Below are positions 1-9,400 of a stretch of 64,000 nucleotides of DNA, piece by piece (position 1 is the stretch's first letter; the number at the start of each line of letters is the position of its first letter). The position numbers and the translations under genes were made by a program. The stretch comes from a virus, in IMG/VR virus record IMGVR_UViG_3300036770_004917, positions 1-64,000 of that record. One strand, 5' to 3'. The notes beneath the pieces were generated by a model, which was not told the origin of the DNA, made no database searches, and saw only the letters and a list, made by a program, of their open reading frames with translations.

Positions 1-210
1 CGACCCCCGGCGACGGAAATCGTCAACTAAAGGTTCCCCCTGGAACCCCCTCCAAAGTGTGGGGTCTTCGGTGATAGATTTTTTCCGTTGAAGAGATAAA
101 CATCTCCTTGACTCAACGGGAATGGGTCGATTAACTTCGATTCGAAAATCCAGAAGTCGAATCACGCACACGCGCGAGACTAGATTCATGTATTCACGAA
201 AGGGGATGAG

Positions 211-651
211 GTGGTCTTCAATAGAAACCACGATATTCCTGCACCAAATTTCACTACAGACCTAGCGTTTGGCGAAAAAGGCGAGGATGTCGTTCGTGAC
301 TTCATTAATGACATCGCCAGCGGCTCTCTTGAGGTGAAAACCGACAGATATCGGAACGGTCGTATGGTCATAGAGACACAACAGAAGCCTAATGCATCAC
401 AAGTGTGGGTTGATTCCGGAATCAATGTCACTACTGCCAAATGGTGGGTCTACCAATACAATCTAGATGGGGCATTTCACGTGATTGCCGTAGACCGAAT
501 AAAGCGTTACCTGCGAGCCAACAGAAACAGGTTTAACGACGAGGCGAAAATTTCTCTCGGCAATCCCAACGACAATCCCGCACGAGGATTTTTGCTGTAT
601 CCCAATGACGTATTGGACCTTCTGACCAATCGCGAGTATGACGCAGGGTAA
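211..651 (+). CDS. Putative PD-(D/E)XK-fold nuclease-like phage protein
   Basis: 146-aa ORF with GExGE and LEVKTD motifs typical of restriction-endonuclease-fold phage proteins; GGGGA..GAGG upstream of the GTG start. Confidence 0.55.
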   Translation: MVFNRNHDIPAPNFTTDLAFGEKGEDVVRDFINDIASGSLEVKTDRYRNGRMVIETQQKPNASQVWVDSGINVTTAKWWVYQYNLDGAFHVIAVDRIKRYLRANRNRFNDEAKISLGNPNDNPARGFLLYPNDVLDLLTNREYDAG

Positions 652-668
652 AATAGAAAGATGCCCAA

Positions 669-1028
669 TTGGGCTCCCACCTAGAAGGAGGGGCTATGTT
701 TCGCTTCAAGCCCAAGACGCTCAAGATTGGTACATGCATGACGAGGATTCCACGGCATGTCCGCATAGAGCACCACCATACGGTGGAGATGGTTTGCGGT
801 TCCTGCACTATGGTTACTCACGATGTCTACCGCTTTGAATTACCTAGTCACCCAAATCAAAAAACGCAAAAATTGTGGCGTAGAAACAAAATCCGCAGCG
901 GCAATTTTGCTCTCCTTGCAAGATGTAGTTTATGTTACGAGATACGCCCATTGGATGCGCTGGCCAACCAGTGGCTATACGATGTGAAGGCAATATCTCA
1001 AAGCGAGTACCTGTCGTGGGCACAGTAA
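669..1028 (+). CDS. Hypothetical Zn-binding protein (two CxxC)
   Basis: CGSC and CSLC pairs; AGGAGG precedes an internal ATG near 696, so the true start is probably downstream of 669. Confidence 0.5.
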   Translation: MGSHLEGGAMFRFKPKTLKIGTCMTRIPRHVRIEHHHTVEMVCGSCTMVTHDVYRFELPSHPNQKTQKLWRRNKIRSGNFALLARCSLCYEIRPLDALANQWLYDVKAISQSEYLSWAQ

Positions 1029-1032
1029 ATAA

Positions 1033-1106
1033 GCCTCAGTAACTCAATCGGATAGAGTACCGGCCTTCTAAGCCGTTAGTTGCAGGTTCGAGTCCTGCCT
1101 GGGGCG
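1033..1106 (+). tRNA. tRNA-Arg(UCU), no encoded CCA
   Basis: Cloverleaf: acceptor GCCTCAG/CTGGGGC, D stem ACTC/GAGT, anticodon loop CTTCTAA, T arm GCAGG-TTCGAGT-CCTGC. Confidence 0.95.
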
Positions 1107-1107
1107 C

Positions 1108-1518
1108 TCAAAGATTTTCGAACTTCCATACCTGTTCTGGGCAGAAGTTCACTACCGCAGAACCAACGAGCGCCGTGATTAGTTCGGTGTCACCGCCAGC
1201 CCCAACAATTGCCCAGATAACGTCTGGACCAGTTGCACCATCGCGAAGCGACTGACAAACAATGTAGCCAGTGTCAATCATGTCGCTGTCGGGAACATAG
1301 ATTGTTCCTGGGTAATTCAACTCAATATCCAAAATGAATTCATCTTCGGTTGTCCATGTTGGCTCGGGAATTGTCGGTGCTGGAGTCGCAACCGGTACTT
1401 CGGTCGTAGCGGTGGTCTCATCCGTGGTATCCGGAGCATCGGTGCTGTCCACGTATACAGTCTTGGTGCCGCCGCATGCAGCAAGAAAGAGTGCGCCAAT
1501 AATCAACAGCCGCTTCAT
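1108..1518 (-). CDS. Lipoprotein with DUF732-like domain
   Basis: Signal peptide and lipobox LAAC; Thr/Pro linker; C-terminal G..VC..L..G...A...FCP pattern seen in actinobacterial DUF732 proteins. Confidence 0.75.
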   Translation of the reverse strand: MKRLLIIGALFLAACGGTKTVYVDSTDAPDTTDETTATTEVPVATPAPTIPEPTWTTEDEFILDIELNYPGTIYVPDSDMIDTGYIVCQSLRDGATGPDVIWAIVGAGGDTELITALVGSAVVNFCPEQVWKFENL

Positions 1519-1624
1519 TGTATGCCTTCCGTTTTGACAAGGGCCGCATGCCCGAGCAGAGTCAATCTAGCATTTAATTGCACAACAATACATAAGAAAA
1601 TGAAGTTTTTCTACACTAATAGCA

Positions 1625-1840
1625 CTACGCTCTTTGGCGAATAAGTTCCTGCATTAATGCTATTTCATTCGTTTGTGTTTGTATTATTGAGTAGGAAAGC
1701 GACATTACGTCATGGTCGTCTGTTGTGCGAAGAACGTCATGAGCCATAACCAGAGCCATCTTGTGGTGTTCAATCATCTCTCTGAGAAATTTCACTTCCT
1801 CGGGAGCGAGGTTTGTAATTCCAGAAGTTCGTTTCATCAT
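1625..1840 (-). CDS. DUF305-like (ferritin-like) small protein
   Basis: FLREMIEHHKMALVMA...IIQTQTNEIALM pattern; start taken at the ATGATGA overlap with the upstream nuclease stop. Confidence 0.7.
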   Translation of the reverse strand: MMKRTSGITNLAPEEVKFLREMIEHHKMALVMAHDVLRTTDDHDVMSLSYSIIQTQTNEIALMQELIRQRA

Positions 1841-2241
1841 TTCGTTTTGAACTCTGTCCAGGTTTTGTCGCCAATTCCAAAGTACTCGCGTGCATATCCG
1901 GCGCCAATGATGTCCTTGTTGAGGCATGCAGTGGCTGGGGAGGTGATGTCGCCAGACGAATAGATTTCAGCCAACACCCGACCATATTTTTCGTTTTTGT
2001 CGACTACCGTTTTAATGAATACGGTTTCGTGGTTATGTAGCCAATCTTTTGTGAATTCCTTGGCTTTTAGCCCCATCGCTTTCTCGGCAGCATCTTTTGT
2101 TCGTGATTCAGGCGTATTGACTCCATACAGGCGAACGCGAATCTTATGATGAACGCTGAAACCGAGGTCGACCATCAGGTCTACTGTGTCTCCGTCAATG
2201 ACATTAAGAACTTTCCCGGTGTACCAGTATGGGTCAATCAT
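1837..2241 (-). CDS. Thermonuclease (SNase-like)
   Basis: VIDGDT, VRLYGVNTPE and KYGRVLA motifs. Confidence 0.9.
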   Translation of the reverse strand: MIDPYWYTGKVLNVIDGDTVDLMVDLGFSVHHKIRVRLYGVNTPESRTKDAAEKAMGLKAKEFTKDWLHNHETVFIKTVVDKNEKYGRVLAEIYSSGDITSPATACLNKDIIGAGYAREYFGIGDKTWTEFKTK

Positions 2242-2256
2242 TTTCTACCATCTTTC

Positions 2257-4215
2257 CTAGATAAATCGTTCGCGACGCTTCTTTGCCTCTTCTGCACGAC
2301 GCTCCTGCATATCGGCAGAACCCGAGTTGCGGGTACTTGGGGTCTTGGGATTTACCGGAGGAAGGCCGTACGTTTCTCGGTACGCATTCACTTCTTCCTC
2401 TGTTTCAAGTTTGTCGTAACCCTGACCCTTTCCGGTGCGACGACGCTCTTCTGCTTCAATGCGACCCTCCATCGAATCCGCAGAGCCCGTCATTCCACTT
2501 GGGCGCGAACCAGGTTTTGGAGTATTGGCTTCTGCCCTGCGTTCTTGCGTGTCCGCAGAACCAGCCCTGGATGAACTTGGCGAAGACATGGATGGCTTCC
2601 GTCTATCACGATTCTTATCTGGAGCAACATCGCCCTCACGAGTAATTTTCGGGCGTGATTCTCTTGCTTTTGCCTCACGACGCTCGCGGTAATAGTCACT
2701 GATTTTTTTGTCATCTTCGCGAACCATATCTGGTGATATGTACGTTCCGTCAGCGGCAATTTTTCCACCATTGGGCAAACGACCAGGGTTCCAATTCGTC
2801 TTCTGTCCAGGCTTGAGTTTTCTTGTCTCGCCATCAATGAACTTACTGAATGCCTCGCCATCAAAACCTCTAGACGTTAGGTTCTCCCTAATGGAACCAC
2901 GTTCGCGAGTATCGGCGGAACCAATGTCCGTTTGCCAACGCTTGACAATTTTGCCCTGCCTCTGCCGACGGCGCTTATTGGTGTCTTCTTGTTCGGTCGA
3001 CCTGGCGTAGTCAGTTCCTTCTTGAATCGTTCCATCACCATCGGCATCACGTGCATTGGGGTCATAGTTTGCGGAACCCGACGCACCAGCCCCTGCTTGG
3101 CTTCCGACTGTTCCGCCCTGCCTGTTGGCGACAGTGCCTCCCTGCTGAGCAACGGGAGCACCGAGCGCTTTAATGTGGAAATCATAAGCGTCAAGAGATT
3201 TTTTGCCCTTACCCGCTTCCTTGTAGCGGCGATATCTAGCAAGTAGATTTTGGCCCTTTTCTGCGAGTTTCTTTGCTGACTCAATGGTCTGAGGAACAGG
3301 CTCGCCCCATGCGGCTGCAGATAGCGCAAGTCTGGTTGGGCGACCCTTTTCGTCCTTCATTGGGCCACGAGGATTAGTGAAGAAACGAGTCAAAAACGAG
3401 CCCTTGCGGCGCATCTTCTCTGGCGTGTCTGCAGGTCCCTTGACTCCAGGCTTAAGGTTGGAGCCTTCCGTTTTATTGAAGTGCTTTCTGCCAGCAGCAG
3501 TTAGGCCACCCTTTGGGTCACGAAGAACGGGTTTCTTCGCTGCCTTTTCTTCAATCTTGATGTCGAGCGAAGTGTAGCCACCCCTCGATGTGCGTCGCTT
3601 CATTAAACTTTGTTTAAACGATTCGGCTTCATCGCCGAACATCCACTTTGCTTCTTCGTCAGTGAGTTCTTCGTTTTCGGGGAAAAGAGAATCAACCTCA
3701 TCGTCGCTCATTGAATCCATCCAACTGGAAATTCTATTTTCCTCGCGAACCTTTGCGGCCTTCTCTTCTGTTTGGTTTTGTTTTTCTTCCGTGATTGGAC
3801 CACCAACAACCCATGCGCGACAAGTACGTTTGGCAGCACACTTAAAATCAAATGCTTCGCAATACCCAAGTTCGCCAGCAGAATCTATTGCTGCCCACTC
3901 GTCTGGACGCTCTCCCTCGGTAACGCCAGAACTAATGCAGTCTTTCATTTGTGGGGTGACAATGAACATGACGCAATTCCCGCATAGTTGCTTCTTGGCG
4001 GAAGCAACGTCAACATTCCATTCAGCGCCAATTTTCTCCCAGTAATCCTCGTTGGGCTCGGACGGATTGAGCGGCCCATACATTGCAGAATCGATGGCGG
4101 TTTTTCGATTCTTAAGGTTTACGGCAATATCCTTTGTAGCGATAGGACACGAATCCTCAACCTTGAACGATAATTCGCCATTGAGAATCTGCTCATAAAT
4201 AGAATTGTCCATCAT
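2257..4215 (-). CDS. Multidomain head-associated protein (Cys-rich domain, DUF6321-like segment, KALG..DADGDG tag, GSAD repeats)
   Basis: 652 aa; CP.AT...CGNC...GYC...C...TC..W; DPKGGLTAAGR...PTRLAL; DADGDGTIQEG; four GSAD(T/S/M)xE repeats. Confidence 0.75.
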   Translation of the reverse strand: MMDNSIYEQILNGELSFKVEDSCPIATKDIAVNLKNRKTAIDSAMYGPLNPSEPNEDYWEKIGAEWNVDVASAKKQLCGNCVMFIVTPQMKDCISSGVTEGERPDEWAAIDSAGELGYCEAFDFKCAAKRTCRAWVVGGPITEEKQNQTEEKAAKVREENRISSWMDSMSDDEVDSLFPENEELTDEEAKWMFGDEAESFKQSLMKRRTSRGGYTSLDIKIEEKAAKKPVLRDPKGGLTAAGRKHFNKTEGSNLKPGVKGPADTPEKMRRKGSFLTRFFTNPRGPMKDEKGRPTRLALSAAAWGEPVPQTIESAKKLAEKGQNLLARYRRYKEAGKGKKSLDAYDFHIKALGAPVAQQGGTVANRQGGTVGSQAGAGASGSANYDPNARDADGDGTIQEGTDYARSTEQEDTNKRRRQRQGKIVKRWQTDIGSADTRERGSIRENLTSRGFDGEAFSKFIDGETRKLKPGQKTNWNPGRLPNGGKIAADGTYISPDMVREDDKKISDYYRERREAKARESRPKITREGDVAPDKNRDRRKPSMSSPSSSRAGSADTQERRAEANTPKPGSRPSGMTGSADSMEGRIEAEERRRTGKGQGYDKLETEEEVNAYRETYGLPPVNPKTPSTRNSGSADMQERRAEEAKKRRERFI

Positions 4216-4388
4216 TAGTCCTCGCCGTTACTAAACTTGCCGGGCTTTTTCTTTTTTCTTTTCGACTGCATATCTTCGGAGTCAAGAATCTCCTCAATAT
4301 CATCAGCGCTACCGCGATAATTTTTGAGATGCTTAATCTCGGACCAGTCGTAATCGTCTTCGTCAAACGATGATGTATTTCTGGGCAT
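4215..4388 (-). CDS. Hypothetical small charged protein
   Basis: ATG at 4388 preceded by GGAAGAAAG; stop overlaps the next start; the ORF-track start at 4412 abuts the terminator U-tract. Confidence 0.5.
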   Translation of the reverse strand: MPRNTSSFDEDDYDWSEIKHLKNYRGSADDIEEILDSEDMQSKRKKKKPGKFSNGED

Positions 4389-4412
4389 GTCTTTCTTCCA
4401 CTTGTGTTGCAT

Positions 4413-4455
4413 AAAGGAAAGACCCCCGGCCCGGCTTGCGCCGAAACCGGGGGTC
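4413..4455 (-). terminator. Rho-independent terminator after the major capsid gene
   Basis: GACCCCCGG-TTTCGGC-GCAA-GCCGGG-CCGGGGGTC hairpin followed by TTTCCTTT. Confidence 0.85.
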
Positions 4456-4495
4456 CATACCTACTTCACTGGACTTTTCTATCCAGCGTCACCTA

Positions 4496-5803
4496 TCAGG
4501 CGGGCTCGGCGTCGAAGTCCACCTTGACGAAGGCCTCAGGACGCTTGACGGCGAGAGCCAGACGCTGTTCGGCCAGAACGACGATTGCGTTACGGACGAA
4601 GAAGTCGGCGTGCTGCTCGCTGATGCGGATGCTGGCCTGCTCGCGGTCGTACAACTGAGCGCCGGTTCCGAATGCGCCGACGAGTGCGGTGCCTTCGGGG
4701 ATGGCGGGGGTCTCAACCACGGGGATGCGCCACAACTTGGGCTCGCCACCGAGGGCCACGGACACTGCAACGAGGTACTGACCGTTGCTGTCCTTGGCGA
4801 GTTCGATGTCTTCCCAGTCGTTGGGGTGCATTACGACGCCAGTTGGCTCGTAGTAGGCGAGGAAGGACAAGGTTGCGGCGCGACGAATCGCATCGGCCTT
4901 GGTGTCCGGTACTGGGGTGGTGGCGCCATCGGACCAGGCGTATTCCTGGATGCCGGTGGTGCTGAGTACGCCAGTGAGGTTCTCGCCAGTGCCATCGCCG
5001 CTCAGAATCTGAGCGTCTTCCTGGAGGCGCAGACCGTACATCAACTCGTTGTCGATGATGCTACGAAGTTGTGGCTCATCGGCGAGTACGTTGCGGTGGG
5101 CTGCTTCCCAGTGGGCGATGGTGCGGACGGGAGCCTGCTCGCCTACGAAGGTGAAGGATGACTGGGGCTTGGCACCGAAGGCAGTACCGGCGCCATTGCG
5201 CTCGGCAACGGCAGCGGCATTGTTGGTGAAGCCGGTCATGCGGAAGTATTCAATGACGGCCGCGGTCGTGGTGCGAACTGGGAACAGGTCGCGAACGCGC
5301 TTGGTGCGCATTGGGGGAACCACGATGGGGTCACGCTGAATGGTGCCGAATGAACCAGGGGTGCCGGTGGGTAGACCCGAGTACATGTCCTTCACGTTGT
5401 AGCCACCAGCGGTGAGTACGGTATTGGTGACGTAGGGGGCGCTCATGTTTGCGCCATTACGTCCACCCTGAAGGGACTTGAACTCCATTGAGTTGATGAA
5501 CTCGTCGCCGACTGACTTGAAACTGGCGCGGGGGAATGCTCCACCAGCGGCAGCGGCTGCTGCTACTGAATTGGCTCCACCGTTGTTCCAGGTGTCGACT
5601 TCGCGGAGACCTTCGAGGCCATCGATGAGGCTCTTGATTTCCTTGATGTCGCGCATGTTCTTGTCGAACGCACTCTTCTGTTCAGTGCTTACGACGACGG
5701 TGCCATTCTCAATCTTGAATGAGTCGGCGATTGACTTGTTGTCTGCCATCTTTTGACGAAGTGCGCTCTGCAGTTCGTTTAGGCGGGAAGTGTCTTCTGA
5801 CAT
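4496..5803 (-). CDS. Major capsid protein (HK97 fold)
   Basis: N-terminal coiled-coil delta-like domain; VAE...KP, IAHW, L.GDG.GENL.G, VVMHP.DW, LW.IPVV, F.RN...LAEQRL...VKRPEAF; GGAG SD. Confidence 0.95.
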   Translation of the reverse strand: MSEDTSRLNELQSALRQKMADNKSIADSFKIENGTVVVSTEQKSAFDKNMRDIKEIKSLIDGLEGLREVDTWNNGGANSVAAAAAAGGAFPRASFKSVGDEFINSMEFKSLQGGRNGANMSAPYVTNTVLTAGGYNVKDMYSGLPTGTPGSFGTIQRDPIVVPPMRTKRVRDLFPVRTTTAAVIEYFRMTGFTNNAAAVAERNGAGTAFGAKPQSSFTFVGEQAPVRTIAHWEAAHRNVLADEPQLRSIIDNELMYGLRLQEDAQILSGDGTGENLTGVLSTTGIQEYAWSDGATTPVPDTKADAIRRAATLSFLAYYEPTGVVMHPNDWEDIELAKDSNGQYLVAVSVALGGEPKLWRIPVVETPAIPEGTALVGAFGTGAQLYDREQASIRISEQHADFFVRNAIVVLAEQRLALAVKRPEAFVKVDFDAEPA

Positions 5804-5956
5804 TTTAACTCCAGTTGTTTGGTGGGTTTGTTGGGTGTGCTTTCATTAATGGCTTAGGTAAGCACCCAGCCCTTAAACTCATAGACTAATGTACATCACC
5901 GATTTGCTGGTGCATTGCAACAAATTCGATTTAGTTCAATATTTATGAGAGATTTT

Positions 5957-6142
5957 TTAGTCGCCCTTTCGGGGAATTTCATTGACGTCATTAAGTAATG
6001 TTTCGTACAATTTTTTGTTCTCTTCACTATCGTCAACGGCAGACGAGACAAGAGAAAATGAGTACAGAATTGCGCGTTTCTTTTGGTCATCGGTGTATGT
6101 TCCGTTTGGCCCCATCGCTCGTTGTTGCATTTCATTCACCAT
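5957..6142 (-). CDS. Hypothetical protein
   Basis: 61-aa co-oriented ORF overlapping the upstream small ORF. Confidence 0.4.
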   Translation of the reverse strand: MVNEMQQRAMGPNGTYTDDQKKRAILYSFSLVSSAVDDSEENKKLYETLLNDVNEIPRKGD

Positions 6143-6314
6143 CCGCTGGGGGTGTCATATATACGCGAATAATTTCCCCATCTTCATCCATTACGGTTGC
6201 CTCCATTATTGGGCTATTCGGTTCATTGGAATTAGCCCTAATGAATGTGGGAACGAAGCCATTATCTTTCTTTTTTGTCCGTCTGATGCGTGAAGATTTT
6301 GATTGTTTACTCAT
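6132..6314 (-). CDS. Hypothetical protein
   Basis: 60-aa co-oriented ORF with AAGAGA upstream of the ATG. Confidence 0.4.
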   Translation of the reverse strand: MSKQSKSSRIRRTKKKDNGFVPTFIRANSNEPNSPIMEATVMDEDGEIIRVYMTPPADGE

Positions 6315-6450
6315 TGGTTGTCTCTTTTAATTGCTGATTTGTTAACTCTCAAAATTCGTGACTTCTTGGGTGATGGGGTATTGAGTGCTCCGATTTCATT
6401 TAATGAAATTGAAAAAATATCACCAAGGCGCTTGCTGCTCTCCATCTGAA

Positions 6451-9400
6451 TCACTCCCATGGTCCGAATGTCTCATCTGCCAAAATTTTAGTAACGGCAT
6501 CTTTGGCCGTATAGTAACGAGTGTTTTCATCCTCAATATTACCAATTTTGTAGTACAAATATCGTGGAATTTGATGTTCGTTGCCGTTGGAGAAGTCGTA
6601 GACAGTGACGTTTTCCATTTCCATTCTAATCAGTTCTTGCATTAACTGATTGTGGCGTTTAGTAAGTCCATTCCTCAGCGATGAGGATGTTAGTGTTTCT
6701 GCTTGACGAAGAACATCAGCGATTTCATTTCGCAATTGTTCGTACTTATCCCACCCGTCGATGGCAACCTCCGCCCATGCGTGTCCATACCTGATACCCA
6801 TTGCCTCACCACCAGTCCCCAGTGGGATGCCATGAACAATGCGGATTTGGTCGTCAGAGAAATTGAATTCTGGCCCCCTGAGTCGCTGCGCCATAGTGAC
6901 TGCCATTTCGTAACAATCACCATCCCCATCGATTGGGTTTGAGCCATATGCTGATTTAAACCTATTGTCAAAGTTCTTGGATGACCTGGTACTGGCATAA
7001 AGCAACTTTTCAAGAACCGCCGCACGGTTTGGATACATTTCGGCGAACGAATATTCACGCCGGTCGCCATTTGCATTTGTTACGGAAGCAATATAGCCAA
7101 ACATTCTGTCTCTCAAAAACAGAGAAGCGGACTCGGCAAAGTCCTCTTCATATCTCTCCGATTCTCTCGCATATTGAGTTATAAATCTCTGACCAATACG
7201 TGGACCATGAGAACCATCGATGGATGGTGCAATATCTCGATAACTTGTCCCTGGGACGGATGTGGGCTGTTTTGCCAATCCACTGTCAGTTATGACAGCA
7301 AGCGGCACATTGCTCTGTCCAAACAAAATGCCATGCGACTCGTCTCCCTCCATTGCTGGAACCCAGTCGTCCGTAAGTGAACTGAACGCGTACTTGTTGC
7401 TATATGAGATTTCCCTATCATCAATCGCCGTCCGGAAACCAAGTGAGAAATCAACTGAGTGACCAAACTCATGCAACATTATGTCAACGTAGGGTGATTG
7501 CTCTGACGTTTTCCACATAACAATTGAATTGGCGTCGGGGTATGCTGTTCCTGAAACACGAGTGGCATCTATCCCATCTATGTTTCCAGCAAATGCGTCC
7601 GACTTGAAGATTATGTTTGGTCTCGGTATGCGCGGATTGATGTCGGCAATTGTTGTGTGGAAATTTTCCAGCGCAAGAACTATTGGTGCAATTTTTCCAG
7701 AATCACCAGATGGTGGGCGTATGTCATCAAAGGTGAAGACACCGATACCATTTTCATTAACTCTTGGGCTTGCTGCCCCCATACGACTCTTGATGGAGTC
7801 AAGTTCTGCCGCATCATCGATTTCAATAAGCGTCAATGAACCATCGGCATTGCGCACAACTACGGCATTGCTAATACCGGACATTTTGGCACCAGCAGGT
7901 ATGTCACTTACGAATAGGGCCTCGCCTGTTCGTAGCGTAGAAACATCGGCTTGGTGGAATATCTTTTCAGTTCTTCGTGTGGCAAGAATATTGCGGCGAT
8001 TATCTGTGCGCACGATGTCTGGTGGATTTGGTTTAGAACTATCAAATGCGTCTACTGCGAACAAGTGACGAGCAGAGACGCCAAGTCCGTCGTCACTTGG
8101 AACCAATGAATCCAATGAGGCAACGGCAAGCAGGTCTTGCTTGTACTTATCTAATTTATTTCTTTCACCCTTGGGGAAATATCCATCCGGTATGTCTGCT
8201 TCGGTCAATCCATCCAGAAGCGCTTGTGGATTAGCGAGGAACGCGTCTTTGGCGGAGGCATCCATGTATGCCCTGGAGCCATCTTCAGAAATCCGGAGTT
8301 GTGGGGTTAGCGAAGTAATGGAGCGAGTACTACGTCGTGAAACGATGGAGCGAGTTATATCGCTTGCGGTAACTGGATTTTGGCGTCTTTGCATTCCCCC
8401 AGTTGACCGACCCGACCTAGTGGCGGAAATATTACTCATGAATTGTGCCCTACGAACATCTTGCTCAAGGTATGCAAGATTGAATACTCCATTTGGCGTA
8501 TTTGTAATACGACTACTACGAGTACTGCGTAGTGGATTTGCGGGTTGCGTATTTAGGCTATCTATGAAGTCTTGCACCGTTCCAGGCCACTCATATATGG
8601 CCTTTTTTATCCCTTTGTATGTAGAATCTTGATTCACAAGCATAATTTTTTTCAAATCTTCCCCAGCATCGGTGCGGAGTTGATGCATGAGTTGGTTTGC
8701 CCCATATGTATCTAGCCACCATCTCGCCACCCTGTCTCTTTCATCAGCATTTAGACCTATATCGGGGTGGTTGGTGATGACCGAAACCATTGCTAATGCA
8801 TTGGCCCATTCTCCATGTCTGTCAAATCCGCGACCAGTACCCAGGTGTCCAATTACGTCATGGATTCCGTCAGTTCCTTCTAAATTATTAATAGCCCTGC
8901 GCGGATTCTCCAAACTGTCAAGTAGGTATGGTGCAAAGTCGGCGAATTTTGTGTATTTGATTTTTTCTGGTCCAGCACCAACCTCGTCAAGTTTGTCCAA
9001 TACTATTTTATATAGCGACTCTCTAGCAACGCTAATTGCTTCACCTATACTTGGGTCCCAGTCGCGTTCAAATTCCTGAGCCTGCTCAATAATGTTTCTC
9101 ACGGCATCAGCCGATGGTGCTTCTACATATGTCCAATCACGTCTATCGGGGATTATTGAATTGAAAATTGGGTGTGGCTGAGATGTGATTACTGGAATAC
9201 CGTTAGAACTCACACGAATTGATAATGACTCTGCTATTTTTTTACCAGTTTCACCAATTGATATGTCTGGTTCAAGGTCATCAATCTTTTGCCTGATATA
9301 GAATCTATGATTTCTTTGCTCCGCGTAGTAGCGGTCGAGCACATCTCGGGGGACGGAACTTCCAGCGAGAATATTTTTTGCTATCTCTGCTTCGCGTTCA

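Noticed and set aside
1-200. Short hairpins at the window start (GACG-GAAAT-CGTC, GGTTCC-CCCT-GGAACC)
   Set aside because: Context is truncated; cannot distinguish from chance or the end of an upstream gene
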